Shown one piece after another: positions 47,237-47,323 of a stretch of DNA of 47,323 bases. Numbering within the stretch: position 1 is the first letter of the stretch; each line of letters opens with the position of its first letter. The notes beneath the pieces were generated by a model that saw only the letters and a program-made list of their open reading frames with translations, was not told the DNA's origin and did not search any database. Origin of the DNA: an uncultured Bacillota bacterium (GTDB lineage: Bacteria > Bacillota > Clostridia > Christensenellales > Borkfalkiaceae); NCBI GenBank assembly GCA_949291725.1, contig CASEWU010000153.1, positions 1 through 47,323 on the forward strand. The letters run 5' to 3'. The translations under genes and the position numbers were made by a program.

Positions 47237-47323
47237 ATAAATAAGAACTATCGTGTGGTTTTCTTTATACAAAAAAAGCCTCATCAGTAACGATAAGGCT
47301 TTCCGTTTATAATAAAAATTAGA

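Overview
Chromosomal window from a Clostridia-type Firmicute (Christensenellales/Borkfalkia-like by gene style; inference). Bases 1-28.9 kb are core genome, mostly on the minus strand. They hold the complete S10-spc-alpha ribosomal superoperon (rpsJ to rplQ, with secY, adk, map, infA, rpoA) and the rpmG-secE-nusG-rplK-rplA-rplJ-rplL cluster, with rpoBC and the str operon missing from their usual place between the two. They also hold fprA, a Zn-PLC-family gene, tRNA-Val/Gly/Cys, a GNAT and tRNA-Leu(TAA). From the tRNA-Leu anticodon loop (~29.0 kb) to ~47.14 kb lies an ~18-kb tyrosine-integrase defence island. It carries an integrase, a small peptide + RHH-like module, phage-type replication proteins, and an XRE-led operon: jetABCD (Wadjet), a MazG-like NTP pyrophosphohydrolase, a nuclease-SF2 helicase, DUF4238 and an HNH remnant. 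It ends with hipBA and XRE regulators. The most unusual signal is the att architecture: both ends carry ~98-bp units made of a spacer plus the 5' half of tRNA-Leu, with no displaced 3' half visible, so the only intact tRNA-Leu(UAA) here appears to depend on the island. Also notable are the helicase/MazG pair coupled to Wadjet, a perfect 34-bp palindrome before jetA, and a ~600-nt repeat mosaic between the L10 attenuator and rplJ. All family assignments are from motif recognition, not database searches.
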